Shown: piece by piece, positions 21,353 to 30,861 of the stretch
How the letters are laid out: each line of letters starts with the position of its first letter
Numbering within the stretch: the first letter of the stretch is position 1
NCBI GenBank assembly: GCA_035444565.1
Contig: DAOMOX010000002.1
Location: forward strand, 105,335 to 169,334
Source: Candidatus Dojkabacteria bacterium
Lineage (GTDB): Bacteria; Patescibacteriota; Dojkabacteria; B142; OLB20
Reading direction: 5' to 3'
DNA length: 64,000 nucleotides
Notes under the pieces: model-generated
Database searches by the model: none
Told to the model about the DNA's origin: nothing
Seen by the model: the letters and a program-made list of their open reading frames with translations, nothing else
Made by a program: the position numbers and the translations under genes

Positions 21353-22000
21353 ATGTTGGCCGAATTAAATACACAAATAAACGCAGAAAATTTTTACACC
21401 CATCGCATTACTGATAATGGAATAACAACTGAAGTTACGGGTTACTACTTACCGGGGCCAGAATTCATGAGAGAATCAATTCTTAGTATGTATACAATAA
21501 AAAGAGAAAGAGGAGAGGTTTCAGCTATGGGGATTTTTGTAAAAAATAGAGAAGTCTCTCTACTGGAATTGGGTACTAGAAACAGTTTTGAATTATACTC
21601 TCCTACAGGAACCGGCAAAGAACCAGAAACATATATACATACTCATCTCAAAATTTACGGAATTCCTGGTGATGTTTTCCTAGCATTAAAACTAGACACT
21701 GCAGGTAATATAGGGATTACCCCACATGTCGAATTACCACTAAGCAAAATAAGAAATTATGACTTAGTAAATGACTACGACGAAACTCACTGGCAAATAA
21801 ATACAAATAGGGGGTCTGTACTAATTCCAAAAACTATAACAATTGAGGAAATACAAAAACGAATCGAGGGCTTAGCAAGTGAAGACAACCCATGGGAGAA
21901 TAATTGTAATACATATAATGTCTTGGATGATACAACTAGTACTTATACAGAAGTCCAGATGCAAACTTTCTCACTGTTAGGGATAGTTCCTGAAGAATAA
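21353..22000 (+). CDS. Hypothetical protein
   Basis: ORF with the shared upstream 16-mer promoter-like motif; no recognised domain. Confidence 0.3.
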   Translation: MLAELNTQINAENFYTHRITDNGITTEVTGYYLPGPEFMRESILSMYTIKRERGEVSAMGIFVKNREVSLLELGTRNSFELYSPTGTGKEPETYIHTHLKIYGIPGDVFLALKLDTAGNIGITPHVELPLSKIRNYDLVNDYDETHWQINTNRGSVLIPKTITIEEIQKRIEGLASEDNPWENNCNTYNVLDDTTSTYTEVQMQTFSLLGIVPEE

Positions 22001-22094
22001 AGTGAATTTAGAGTTCAGAGTTACTTAATCTCTAAATTTCTACATCACTACATTTTCCTTCCACATTTCTGAATTCCTAAATTACTTAATTTCT

Positions 22095-22283
22095 TCATTT
22101 ACTAGATGGTGGCCAAACAACCGCCTGTAACCCAGGATCATTTAAATCTTCATCAGTGACGTGCCCTCCTCCACCCGCATCTTCAGCATCTCGCACCTCT
22201 GCCAGATTTTCAGCATCCCCTGGAGTAACTTGGAGTCTTTCTCCGTCATAACCTAAGGGTTTTGGTGTCGGATTTGTTTCCAT
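22095..22283 (-). CDS. Small acidic hypothetical protein (locally GC-rich ORF)
   Basis: ORF only; noticeably higher GC than surroundings. Confidence 0.2.
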   Translation of the reverse strand: METNPTPKPLGYDGERLQVTPGDAENLAEVRDAEDAGGGGHVTDEDLNDPGLQAVVWPPSSK

Positions 22284-22329
22284 ATTTTAATTTCTTAATC
22301 TCTAAATTTCTTAATTTCTTCATTTTCCT

Positions 22330-22929
22330 CTATTCCTCATCTTCTTCCATCTCTTCCTCATCATCTATATTCTCATCATCAGCCAAAGAGTCAATCATTC
22401 CAATAGCGATTTCTTCTAATTTCTGATTAGTATCAATCTCCTCATTTAGTGTTTTTTCTAAAATCTCCGCAGCTTCGGTGTGTCCCATCAAATGTGCTAA
22501 TGCTACGGCAGTATTATATTCTACAATTTCATAATATTCGACTTTCATCGCTCCTGTGTTCAATCCCATGTCCATAGAAACTTCATCAAGTTCTGTTTTG
22601 ACTAATTCTTCAGCTTCTTTAATTAAACCTTCCATCCCAACACATTTTTTCCCGTTAATTGCGACATCTTGTAGCATTTCAGCAATTTCTTCCAATCTTT
22701 TAACATGTACTTCTGTCTCAGCCAGATGATCTTCAAATGCTGATTTCATAGTAGAATCCGTAGTTGCATCAATCATAGTAGGAAGACCTGTGGAAACTAA
22801 TTGTTTCTCCGCACTGTAAAGGTCCTTAAGTACATCGACAAAGAGTTCATGTAGAAATTCATTTTTCATAATGAAAATATTAAAAAGTAGGGTATATATA
22901 ATGATAAGCTGGTTGGGATAAATGGTCAA
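22330..22929 (-). CDS. Ferritin-like DUF892/YciF-family protein with acidic C-terminal tail
   Basis: LKDLYSAEKQL...AFEDHLAETEVHVKRLEEI matches YciE/YciF ferritin-like signature. Confidence 0.55.
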   Translation of the reverse strand: MTIYPNQLIIIYTLLFNIFIMKNEFLHELFVDVLKDLYSAEKQLVSTGLPTMIDATTDSTMKSAFEDHLAETEVHVKRLEEIAEMLQDVAINGKKCVGMEGLIKEAEELVKTELDEVSMDMGLNTGAMKVEYYEIVEYNTAVALAHLMGHTEAAEILEKTLNEEIDTNQKLEEIAIGMIDSLADDENIDDEEEMEEDEE

Positions 22930-23644
22930 TGAAGTTTACGGAAGTTTAACATGGGATTGGGAGGATTTTTACATTTCTTACTTTCTTAATTTCATCATCT
23001 CTTCATTTTCTATAATTCGCCTAATTGGTATTACAACACAAGTTAAATAATTAGATACTCTGCTAGACTTTACCTGTTTAATTTGGTTTCCTCTTACTTA
23101 AAAAGGATGTTAAAATTTAATATGAATACATCTCCAAAAAAACAAAAAAGTATTTCACAAAAGAAATCTTTGTCATCAAAAGTAATAAACAGAGATTTTG
23201 GAACAAACGTGGACAGAGACCTAGGAAAATACCTTCAAAGAAGAGGATTACCAGCACTTGCTGAAATCCTAAAAATTGACAAATAGAACTTCAATACAAC
23301 AACCCCTACATTTTACGTTACCTTATGGAGATTCGCATGTTGAATTCTGCATTCTGAATTCCTTAGTTTCTTAATTTCCACATCTTCCTCACCCCCTTGC
23401 CTTTCCCACCCCATTCTTATAAAATTTATCAAGTATCTCAAAGACTTTGATTTGCTGAAAGAGCAGAAATTGTCGCTTCGGCTGCCAGCCAACCCCTTAA
23501 AGGTTGAAGCAGATGGAGGAACTGTTGTACTAGTAGCCTTTGGTGCCCTCCACAGCAAATCAGATTCAGAATTCTGAATTTTGAATTTTGAATTTCTAAA
23601 TCTCTTCATTTCTTCATTTCTCCAACCTCTCTTTCCCCCACATA

Positions 23645-24109
23645 TTGAAATTACGTCTTCTCATCAGGTATAATCCAAAAATCTTAATTAATAAAATGAA
23701 TAATCAAGAACAAGGACCAGTTTACGACTTTGTGCCAAATGACACTGGACGAAGACTCCTTATGACAGGCTTACTATCAATTGCAAATGGAATATCAGTA
23801 TGGGCAGCTTACAGTTTAGTGCAAATGGATAGTGAATTCGCTTCAATGGCAACTAAATTTGTAGCCGGAATACATGGATTACAGATAGCATCCGCAGGTC
23901 TTCAAATAATAAGAGATTTAAGGACTCCTGATCCTCGTCTTCATGATGGAGGCGTAATGGCCCGAGGATGGAGAGAACGAATAGCAAAAAGAAATTTGGT
24001 ATTTAATGTAATGCCACTATTTGTTTCACTAGCAACTTTATCGGCTTTATACGCTGGAAACTCAACACCAACACCGCTACCAACTCCTGGAGGAGAGATA
24101 CAGGTGTAA
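23645..24109 (+). CDS. Hypothetical membrane protein
   Basis: ORF with two or three hydrophobic helices. Confidence 0.25.
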   Translation: MKLRLLIRYNPKILINKMNNQEQGPVYDFVPNDTGRRLLMTGLLSIANGISVWAAYSLVQMDSEFASMATKFVAGIHGLQIASAGLQIIRDLRTPDPRLHDGGVMARGWRERIAKRNLVFNVMPLFVSLATLSALYAGNSTPTPLPTPGGEIQV

Positions 24110-24149
24110 CCTTGATAAATATCTTAGATAAAGTGTTGGAATTTGGAAT

Positions 24150-24260
24150 TATTCATTCTGATTTTTTCCAACCTGCTCTTCATCCAATTCCATATACGGG
24201 AATATCTCTTTTTGTATCGTGTAATGATTTTCTCGATTCTTGTTTCTGGGTTAGTTAAAA
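24150..24260 (-). pseudogene. Decayed duplicate of the 3' end of the DCD-domain gene (frameshifted)
   Basis: About 100 bp nearly identical to 24680-24780 (…IEKIITRYKK…), with a 1-nt indel destroying the frame. Confidence 0.55.
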
Positions 24261-24660
24261 TTCCTGAGGACATTCTTCCTTAATTTATACATACTTATAA
24301 CAAATAAGTTCCTAGTTCACTAGGAACTAGGAACTTTCTTAGTTTTCCATGAAATACGTTTAAACAAGTGTATGGGTTTGAATTTTGAACTTCTTCATAT
24401 CTAAATTCCTACATCTTTTAATTCCTTAATTTCTACATTCCTAAATCTCTTCATTTTTCCTTTTGTAATTTCTCTAAACTTCTAATCCTTTTCTCTGCTT
24501 CTTTTTCTTTGCGTAGGATTTCTTTAGGATCATCAGTACTCTTTATCAACTCAATTTTTCCTAGTTCGATATCATTAATGAAGTCTTTCATGGAGTTTGA
24601 ATAACTTAAGTAATTTGAAGTTATATTAATTATATGCTTTTATTATATTTTTTTCTGAAT

Positions 24661-25035
24661 TCAGGATTCTGCATTCTGAATTTTTTCAACCTGCCCTTCA
24701 TCTAATTCCATATACGGAAATATCCCCTTCTTATACCTAGTAATTATTTTCTCGATTCTTGAGAATGGGATGGTTTTGGTTTCGGGGAGTAATTCGAACT
24801 TGATTTGTGATGGGAATTTGTCTTGCCATGCTCCTTTTACTAAATATTCTCCACCTTCTGATACTGGTTTATAAGGTCCACTGAATTCATAAGTTGAAGT
24901 GTTGTAGAGAAATAGCAAATCAGCAGGAGTAATACTTTTCACAAGTTGTAAATAATCTCGTTCTTCTCCGAAGAGCATTCTTTCAAACACTTCGTCTTTG
25001 GTTTTTGAGTTGCAGCGGAAGATGAAGGCTTTCAT
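24661..25035 (-). CDS. DCD (development and cell death)/EVE-like PUA-fold domain protein
   Basis: AFIFRCNSKTKDEVFERMLFGEERDYLQLVKSITPADLLFLYNTSTYEFSGPYKPVSEGGEYLVKGAWQDKFPSQIKFEL matches the DCD consensus (FxCN..T....LFG...LFLYN....L.G.Y.A.S.G......AW...FP.QV). Immediately downstream of hsdR, same strand. Confidence 0.55.
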   Translation of the reverse strand: MKAFIFRCNSKTKDEVFERMLFGEERDYLQLVKSITPADLLFLYNTSTYEFSGPYKPVSEGGEYLVKGAWQDKFPSQIKFELLPETKTIPFSRIEKIITRYKKGIFPYMELDEGQVEKIQNAES

Positions 25036-25056
25036 TTTTTATTTAAGTTAATAAAT

Positions 25057-27900
25057 TTACCACTCAAACACCTCCACAATGTTCTGAATCGCATTTCTTA
25101 CCCTATCAACGATGCTTTCACGCTCTAATATTCCAGTATTTGAATTTTTCAAATCAATAATTTCTTGCCCCAGAGGTAGTCTTTGAGTATATAGATATTC
25201 ACCAACAAGACTTTCAAATTTTTCGATTGGAATATCCTCTGTCTTTGCAATGTCACGAAGTGCTTGGGATCTCTCACTTTGCCAAAATTCCTGGAATGCT
25301 TCTTCCACATGACCTGATGTTGATATTGATGGTAGGCTCTCTTCTATAAATTTCTTGATTAACTCTTTCTTTTTTCTTAATTTAATATCTCTATCGAATA
25401 ATTTAAGAATATCTTCCTTCTTAATATCCCTAACGACATCAGAACTTATCTCTTTAAGTCCAGAAATCAAGAAAATGATATAGTCAAAATTAATTATATC
25501 TCGAGAGGTTAACTCTAGCTCGAAATCAATTTGATCTAAAATCGATTCTTTTTCACTAGCGTCGTTTTTAATACTCTCGTAAATATCCAGATACTTACTT
25601 TGGTAATCACTAAACTCTTGTTCTGTAATTCCTAAATCCTCGAAGTTAAATTCTGCGAAAGTTTCTATAGAGGATTTTATTCTCAATAAATCTCTGAAAA
25701 TTTTCACGAAGACTGCCTTTTCTTGTTCTCCCTGCAGTCGGTCGACAGAATCTACAGTTGGAACTCTAACTAACAAATCTTTAATCTTAGACTCAAATTC
25801 TTTGGCCTGTTCTTCATATGGTCTTTTGAAAACAATTTCTTTAGCGTTCTCGTCACCGAATAACGCCAAAGCTTGATCCGTTTCTAATTTCAAATTTCTG
25901 AACGAAACAATATTTCCGTGAGGTTTATCTGAATCATAAAGTCGGTTTGTTCTAGAATATGCTTGAATCAAACCATGATATTTCAAGTTTTTATCAACAT
26001 AGAGTGTGTTCAAGAATTTACTATCAAAACCAGTTAAGAACATATTAACTACAAGTACGAGGTCTACGTCATTCTTTTTAATACGTTCCTGCAGGTTTTT
26101 ATAATAGTTATAAAATTTCTCAGTTGAGTAATTTGTTTTATAAGTTTCATTATATTCTTTGATACAATTTTCTAGGAAGTCTCTGGAGTGTTCATTTATT
26201 GGTTCACCTTCGGTTGGCATATCTGGCTCTTCTGAATACATATCTATACTCTCATCTTCATTTGCACGATATGTAAAAATAGTCGCAATTTTGAAGTCCT
26301 CAGGCTTTTTCTTATTGAACAAAGTATAATATCTCTTCAACACATCGATACTGGGAGTTGCAAATAGTGCATTAAACTTTCCATTTTTTGTTTTTCTTTT
26401 CCAATCCGCGAGAATATAGTCTGAGATTTTATTCAATCTATCGTCACTCTCTAAGACTTCTTTGGTATTAATTCCTTCTACAAGTGCATCTGCAAATATA
26501 TCCGCATCAAGTGTGTCTTGATCTCTCTGTGTATACCTCCCAACGTATTCCACAGCGAAACCAAGCACATTGTTGTCATCGATTGCATGAGTGATGATGT
26601 ATTTGTGCAGACATTCGCCAAAGACGTCTTTCGTAGTGACTCCACCTTGGCTGTTTTCTGCAAAAATCGGAGTACCAGTAAACCCAAACAGCTGAGCCTT
26701 GTTGAAGAATTTCTTAATCCTCGCATGAGTAAGCCCAAACTGTCCTCTGTGACATTCATCGAAAATTATTACCATCTTTTCATCTCGGAGATTTTCAAAC
26801 TGCTTCAGATACGAATCTCTTGATATTGCTATGTCTAATTTCTGAATAGTGGTGACGATGAGCTTACGATTTGGATCTTTGAGTTGCTTTACTAAATTTC
26901 TGGTTTTATCGGTACCATCTACCGAGCCAGCGGAGAATGAATTAAACTCTTTAGTAGTCTGAATATCTAAATCTTTTCTATCCACTACAAACACAACCTT
27001 CTTAATTTCTGGCAATTCTGATAAAACTTGACTGGTTTTAAACGAAGTAAGAGTCTTACCAGAACCAGTTGTATGCCAGATATATCCATTTTTGTTTGAT
27101 TCTTTCACTCTTTTCTCGATAGCCTTCACTGCATAGTACTGATATGGTCTCAAAACCATAGGTATAGACTCTGCCTCCGCAAGTACAGTGTATTCTGAAA
27201 TCATGCTAGATAAAGTACATTTCTCCAGGAACGAATCTGCAAAGTCAGCGAGTTTAGTAATCTTGTTATTATTTACATCAGTCCAGAAAAATGTTTGTTG
27301 GAACTTTTGCTTTGGGTTGTTAGCGAAATATTTGGTATTTACACCGTTACTAATCACAAAAATCTGCACATATTCGAAAAGCGTCCCGGTGAATGAGTGC
27401 TTGTGATAACGCTGTATCTGGTTAAACGCTTCTTTCATTTCCACACCTCTACGCTTTAGCTCTATATGAACTAGTGGAAAACCATTCACAAGCAAACTCA
27501 CATCGTATCTGTTTTGATATTTCTCAGTTTGGGTAATCTGGTTTGTAACTTGGTATTCGTTTTTACACCACTGATCTGTGTTAAAAAATCTGATGTAGCA
27601 ACTAGTACCATCATCTCGAGTAAGTGCAAATCTATCTCTGAGTGTCTTCGCTTTCTGAAATCTATCGCCTTTGTTTAGATGGTTTCGTATCTTAGTAAAC
27701 TCCAAATCCGAAAATTCGGTCTTGTTGAATTTTTCGAGCTGAACTTTCAGATTATCTTCCAGTGCTTGCTTGTCTAATATGCTAACTCGCTCAAAGCCGA
27801 GATAGCCTAGCTGGGCGATAAGTTCATTTTCAAGTTGTTGTTCGGATTGATGCATATTTTGTTTTCTATTCCTTATTAAATACCGATAGCCTTTCAGCAA
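25057..27900 (-). CDS. hsdR: Type I restriction enzyme R subunit
   Basis: WHTTGSGKTLTSF Walker A, IFDECHRGQFG DEAH box, 947 aa SF2 helicase-nuclease architecture. Confidence 0.85.
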   Translation of the reverse strand: MLKGYRYLIRNRKQNMHQSEQQLENELIAQLGYLGFERVSILDKQALEDNLKVQLEKFNKTEFSDLEFTKIRNHLNKGDRFQKAKTLRDRFALTRDDGTSCYIRFFNTDQWCKNEYQVTNQITQTEKYQNRYDVSLLVNGFPLVHIELKRRGVEMKEAFNQIQRYHKHSFTGTLFEYVQIFVISNGVNTKYFANNPKQKFQQTFFWTDVNNNKITKLADFADSFLEKCTLSSMISEYTVLAEAESIPMVLRPYQYYAVKAIEKRVKESNKNGYIWHTTGSGKTLTSFKTSQVLSELPEIKKVVFVVDRKDLDIQTTKEFNSFSAGSVDGTDKTRNLVKQLKDPNRKLIVTTIQKLDIAISRDSYLKQFENLRDEKMVIIFDECHRGQFGLTHARIKKFFNKAQLFGFTGTPIFAENSQGGVTTKDVFGECLHKYIITHAIDDNNVLGFAVEYVGRYTQRDQDTLDADIFADALVEGINTKEVLESDDRLNKISDYILADWKRKTKNGKFNALFATPSIDVLKRYYTLFNKKKPEDFKIATIFTYRANEDESIDMYSEEPDMPTEGEPINEHSRDFLENCIKEYNETYKTNYSTEKFYNYYKNLQERIKKNDVDLVLVVNMFLTGFDSKFLNTLYVDKNLKYHGLIQAYSRTNRLYDSDKPHGNIVSFRNLKLETDQALALFGDENAKEIVFKRPYEEQAKEFESKIKDLLVRVPTVDSVDRLQGEQEKAVFVKIFRDLLRIKSSIETFAEFNFEDLGITEQEFSDYQSKYLDIYESIKNDASEKESILDQIDFELELTSRDIINFDYIIFLISGLKEISSDVVRDIKKEDILKLFDRDIKLRKKKELIKKFIEESLPSISTSGHVEEAFQEFWQSERSQALRDIAKTEDIPIEKFESLVGEYLYTQRLPLGQEIIDLKNSNTGILERESIVDRVRNAIQNIVEVFEW

Positions 27901-29431
27901 GACTTCTGTCTACACTTTTTTGAGGTGAAATAAATAATTGAATACCTTCTGCATCTTTAAAAAAACATTGTTTACTTTCAAAAACTGATAGCAATAAGGG
28001 ATCATCTGGCATCATTTTCTTTATTTCTTCCTTCAAATATATATAGTCCAAACCTAAAGACATGTACTTCGCAAAATATATGTACCATATTAATTCATAG
28101 ACAGACTTTAACTGCATAGCTTTATCAATTTCTTTTAAAATAATCTTTTTTATATCTTCCTTTAAAGGTTTATGGATTTTACGATATTTAATAAAAACCA
28201 ATTCAATAATCGACAAGATATGGCATAAGGCCTTTGGAGATTCACGTTTCAACATTATTAACAATGAGAATGTTTTTATAATCTCTTTATATTCCATCTC
28301 TTTACTCTTCTTTGTGAATTGTATTTTCAATCCGTACGAATCATTAATTAACTCGCATAAGAACTTTTCAATAATGCTAGTCCCTCTATACTTCTGATGA
28401 ATATCTAAAACTCTCAATAATGTCAATTCGAAAGTTTTAAAGGGGATGTATTTTTTGTGTTTAAGTGAATAATTATAATAATCTCTATCGTGTTTCCTAT
28501 ATAGCCCTTGAGGAAGTTTTTCAACGCTAGTCTTTTCCTCGTTGATAAGCAGATTAAATTCTTCTAATTCATCCCTTAAAGTTTTAATTATTAAATTTGC
28601 ATCATCGTCGTTCATACATAAAAATCTATAGTCGTCTTTAAATCTTGTTGCAATAAAGTCAACATTTTCATTTTTAAGTTTCAAAGATACCTGCGTGTCA
28701 ATCCTAGATAATATTATCTCAGCTATTAAATCGCTTAATGCTGATCCTATAGGTATACCGTTTGTCCTAAGTTCATTAGAAAGCATATAACATCTATCTA
28801 TTTTTGAACCAAATAGTTTCTGCTCCTTTATGTCGCGCAAGGATTGATCACGTCCATGAATTGCCCACCCAATGCTGTGAGTGTATATTGATTTGTAAAA
28901 ATTAGTAATATCTGACTTTATAATATAATTGTACTTGTATACTTCTGTTATTAAGTCCTTCTCAGCCATTTCAATCCACTCATATATAAGTCTACCTGAC
29001 CTTAGTTTCCCAACCACACCTTTGGTGGTCGTATCTAAAGGAATAGGAAAGCTATATGAGTAAACCCTTAAGTCTTTGTCAAACAATATCTTTTTTATCT
29101 CTTCCCAGTTCTGATAAAGATGAAAAACAATATTATGGTAGTATTTTGGATTTTGAATGGAGAACACCCGAGAGGCGATGTTACTTTTTGGGTAAGCAAC
29201 CTTTACCAATTTATCAGACTTATTAGAATTAAACGCATTCTTTTTAAGAATAAAATTGCTAATCGTGTAAGAAGGTGGCAACACATTCTGCTCAGGGTAA
29301 TATCCTTCATTTAAAAGCCAGAGTGCAATGTCCTCTTTAGGTATTAAATCTAAATACCTCTCTGTTTCTTTTTGATGTTCTATAATAAAGTTATTCAAAT
29401 AAACATTTTTTGCATCACCCCTTTCTTCCAC
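27866..29431 (-). CDS. Reverse transcriptase of Abi/defence-associated (UG-like) type, embedded between hsdS and hsdR
   Basis: RT motif A region KSDITNFYKSI, motif B NGIPIGSALSDLIAEIIL, motif C variant TRFKDDYRFL (FKDD instead of YxDD). Both ends overlap flanking hsd genes. Confidence 0.6.
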   Translation of the reverse strand: MEERGDAKNVYLNNFIIEHQKETERYLDLIPKEDIALWLLNEGYYPEQNVLPPSYTISNFILKKNAFNSNKSDKLVKVAYPKSNIASRVFSIQNPKYYHNIVFHLYQNWEEIKKILFDKDLRVYSYSFPIPLDTTTKGVVGKLRSGRLIYEWIEMAEKDLITEVYKYNYIIKSDITNFYKSIYTHSIGWAIHGRDQSLRDIKEQKLFGSKIDRCYMLSNELRTNGIPIGSALSDLIAEIILSRIDTQVSLKLKNENVDFIATRFKDDYRFLCMNDDDANLIIKTLRDELEEFNLLINEEKTSVEKLPQGLYRKHDRDYYNYSLKHKKYIPFKTFELTLLRVLDIHQKYRGTSIIEKFLCELINDSYGLKIQFTKKSKEMEYKEIIKTFSLLIMLKRESPKALCHILSIIELVFIKYRKIHKPLKEDIKKIILKEIDKAMQLKSVYELIWYIYFAKYMSLGLDYIYLKEEIKKMMPDDPLLLSVFESKQCFFKDAEGIQLFISPQKSVDRSLAERLSVFNKE

Positions 29432-30552
29432 TTCTCAGCCTGGGTAATGCGTTGGTTGGTTATATTAATTAGATCGTCAATTGACGATAGGAAGTCTGCG
29501 ATTTTCTGTTGTTCTGATAATGTAGGTTTACTAAATATCATTTTCGACAAGATAGAAAAGTGTCGCTTGTAGCCCTCTGGTTTTATTTGATTTGATTGTA
29601 GTAGGTAGAACAAAAACTTTAAATTATCTTCATTGCTTTTAGCCATCAATATTTTAGTTCCGTCTGCTCCGATAATGAAATCGAAATTGATATACTTTAA
29701 AATTGTAGTATGATCCCCAAAAACAATAACCGGAGTCGATTCAAATACCTTGTTTGAATTATTTGAATAACCGGCAATTAAGCTTTTTCCTTGATCAACT
29801 ACCTTATATTCTCCTGTAGCTATAATTTCAGAGCTTTTGATTTGGAAGTACTTAGGAGATGTACTAACTAATATTTCATTAAACCTCTTCTCCTCCCACT
29901 CCGGATAATCACTCCCATCCTCATCTTTAAACCTTATCTCCTGCGAAAAGATTTTCTGCATCATCCCTTTTTTGTATTTCTCCTGTGCTTCTTTTTGCTT
30001 TTTTAGATTCTCAATCCAGTCGTCTACGGAGGTGAGGAAGGAGGCGATTTTGCGTTGTTCTTCGGATTTCGGGAATTCGAATTTCAACGATCTTAAATCA
30101 TTTGTGTAGATTCTCGTGATAGTCGTTGAATTTAGTTTGTCCCATCTACAATTAGTTAGCAGAAGGAAAAGAAAATCATCATCAACAACTTCATTATCGT
30201 TATCGATCCAGACAATGTTAGAATCTTGATAATAACTATCACGACCATCGAATTGAACGCACTTACCGATCGTTCCACTACAAGTGATTAAAGTCTGTCC
30301 TTTTCTTGGAAAGTTATATTGTAATTTATAGTTCTTAAATAAATTTTTATTGATAAATGCATCAGCGACACTCCCTAAGGTGCCTATTTTATAGAAAGGT
30401 ACTTCTCCAACTTCCTTAGTTTGGTGGGCAAAGATTCTTTTGCACATTTTGACAGAACCTAAGTCTCCTAATTTTCTTTCCTCCCACTCACCAGAGAATT
30501 CGGGGAAGCGGAGGGTTGGGGTTAGAGTTGTTTTGGTATCAGGCCTATTCAT
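29395..30552 (-). CDS. hsdS: Type I restriction-modification specificity subunit
   Basis: N-terminal LRFPEFSGEWEERKLGDLG, two TRD halves, conserved ...SEEQRKIASFLTSVDDWIENL / LSEQQKIADFLSSIDDLI repeats. Confidence 0.8.
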   Translation of the reverse strand: MNRPDTKTTLTPTLRFPEFSGEWEERKLGDLGSVKMCKRIFAHQTKEVGEVPFYKIGTLGSVADAFINKNLFKNYKLQYNFPRKGQTLITCSGTIGKCVQFDGRDSYYQDSNIVWIDNDNEVVDDDFLFLLLTNCRWDKLNSTTITRIYTNDLRSLKFEFPKSEEQRKIASFLTSVDDWIENLKKQKEAQEKYKKGMMQKIFSQEIRFKDEDGSDYPEWEEKRFNEILVSTSPKYFQIKSSEIIATGEYKVVDQGKSLIAGYSNNSNKVFESTPVIVFGDHTTILKYINFDFIIGADGTKILMAKSNEDNLKFLFYLLQSNQIKPEGYKRHFSILSKMIFSKPTLSEQQKIADFLSSIDDLINITNQRITQAEKWKKGVMQKMFI

Positions 30553-30854
30553 CTATTGCAATATTTGTAAATTTCAAAAGCTAAGTTTAAGGCCGCTACT
30601 ATCACAGCTAGAAGTCCAACAAGAACTCCTGCTTTACTAATTTTATTAAGTGCTCTAGTTAACTTTTCAGAGGATTCATTTGCCTCTTTGATGTTTTTGT
30701 TTAGCTCTACAAGCACTCCACGCATCTTACCCAATTCTTCATTGACTCCACTCAATTTTTTCGTTAATCCAAGATAAGTAGGTATCTCTGAGAAATATAG
30801 AGTCATATTTTCAATTAATTTTTCAGTTTTGGGATCATTTATGTCTACCTTCAT
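30549..30854 (-). CDS. Small protein with C-terminal TM helix, inserted between abiEii and hsdS
   Basis: ORF; coiled-coil-like N-terminus plus VLVGLLAVIVAALNLAF helix; unknown function. Confidence 0.35.
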   Translation of the reverse strand: MKVDINDPKTEKLIENMTLYFSEIPTYLGLTKKLSGVNEELGKMRGVLVELNKNIKEANESSEKLTRALNKISKAGVLVGLLAVIVAALNLAFEIYKYCNR

Positions 30855-30861
30855 GAATACT

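Noticed and set aside
23313-23609. 98-aa minus-strand ORF
   Set aside because: Lies across the pyrimidine-rich dispersed repeats (23331-23400, 23556-23640). Low-complexity translation.
30549-30854. Small ORF as an N-terminal extension or fragment of hsdS
   Set aside because: Different reading frame, 4-nt overlap, and its sequence (coiled coil plus TM) has no TRD or HsdS conserved-region similarity. Kept as separate gene.
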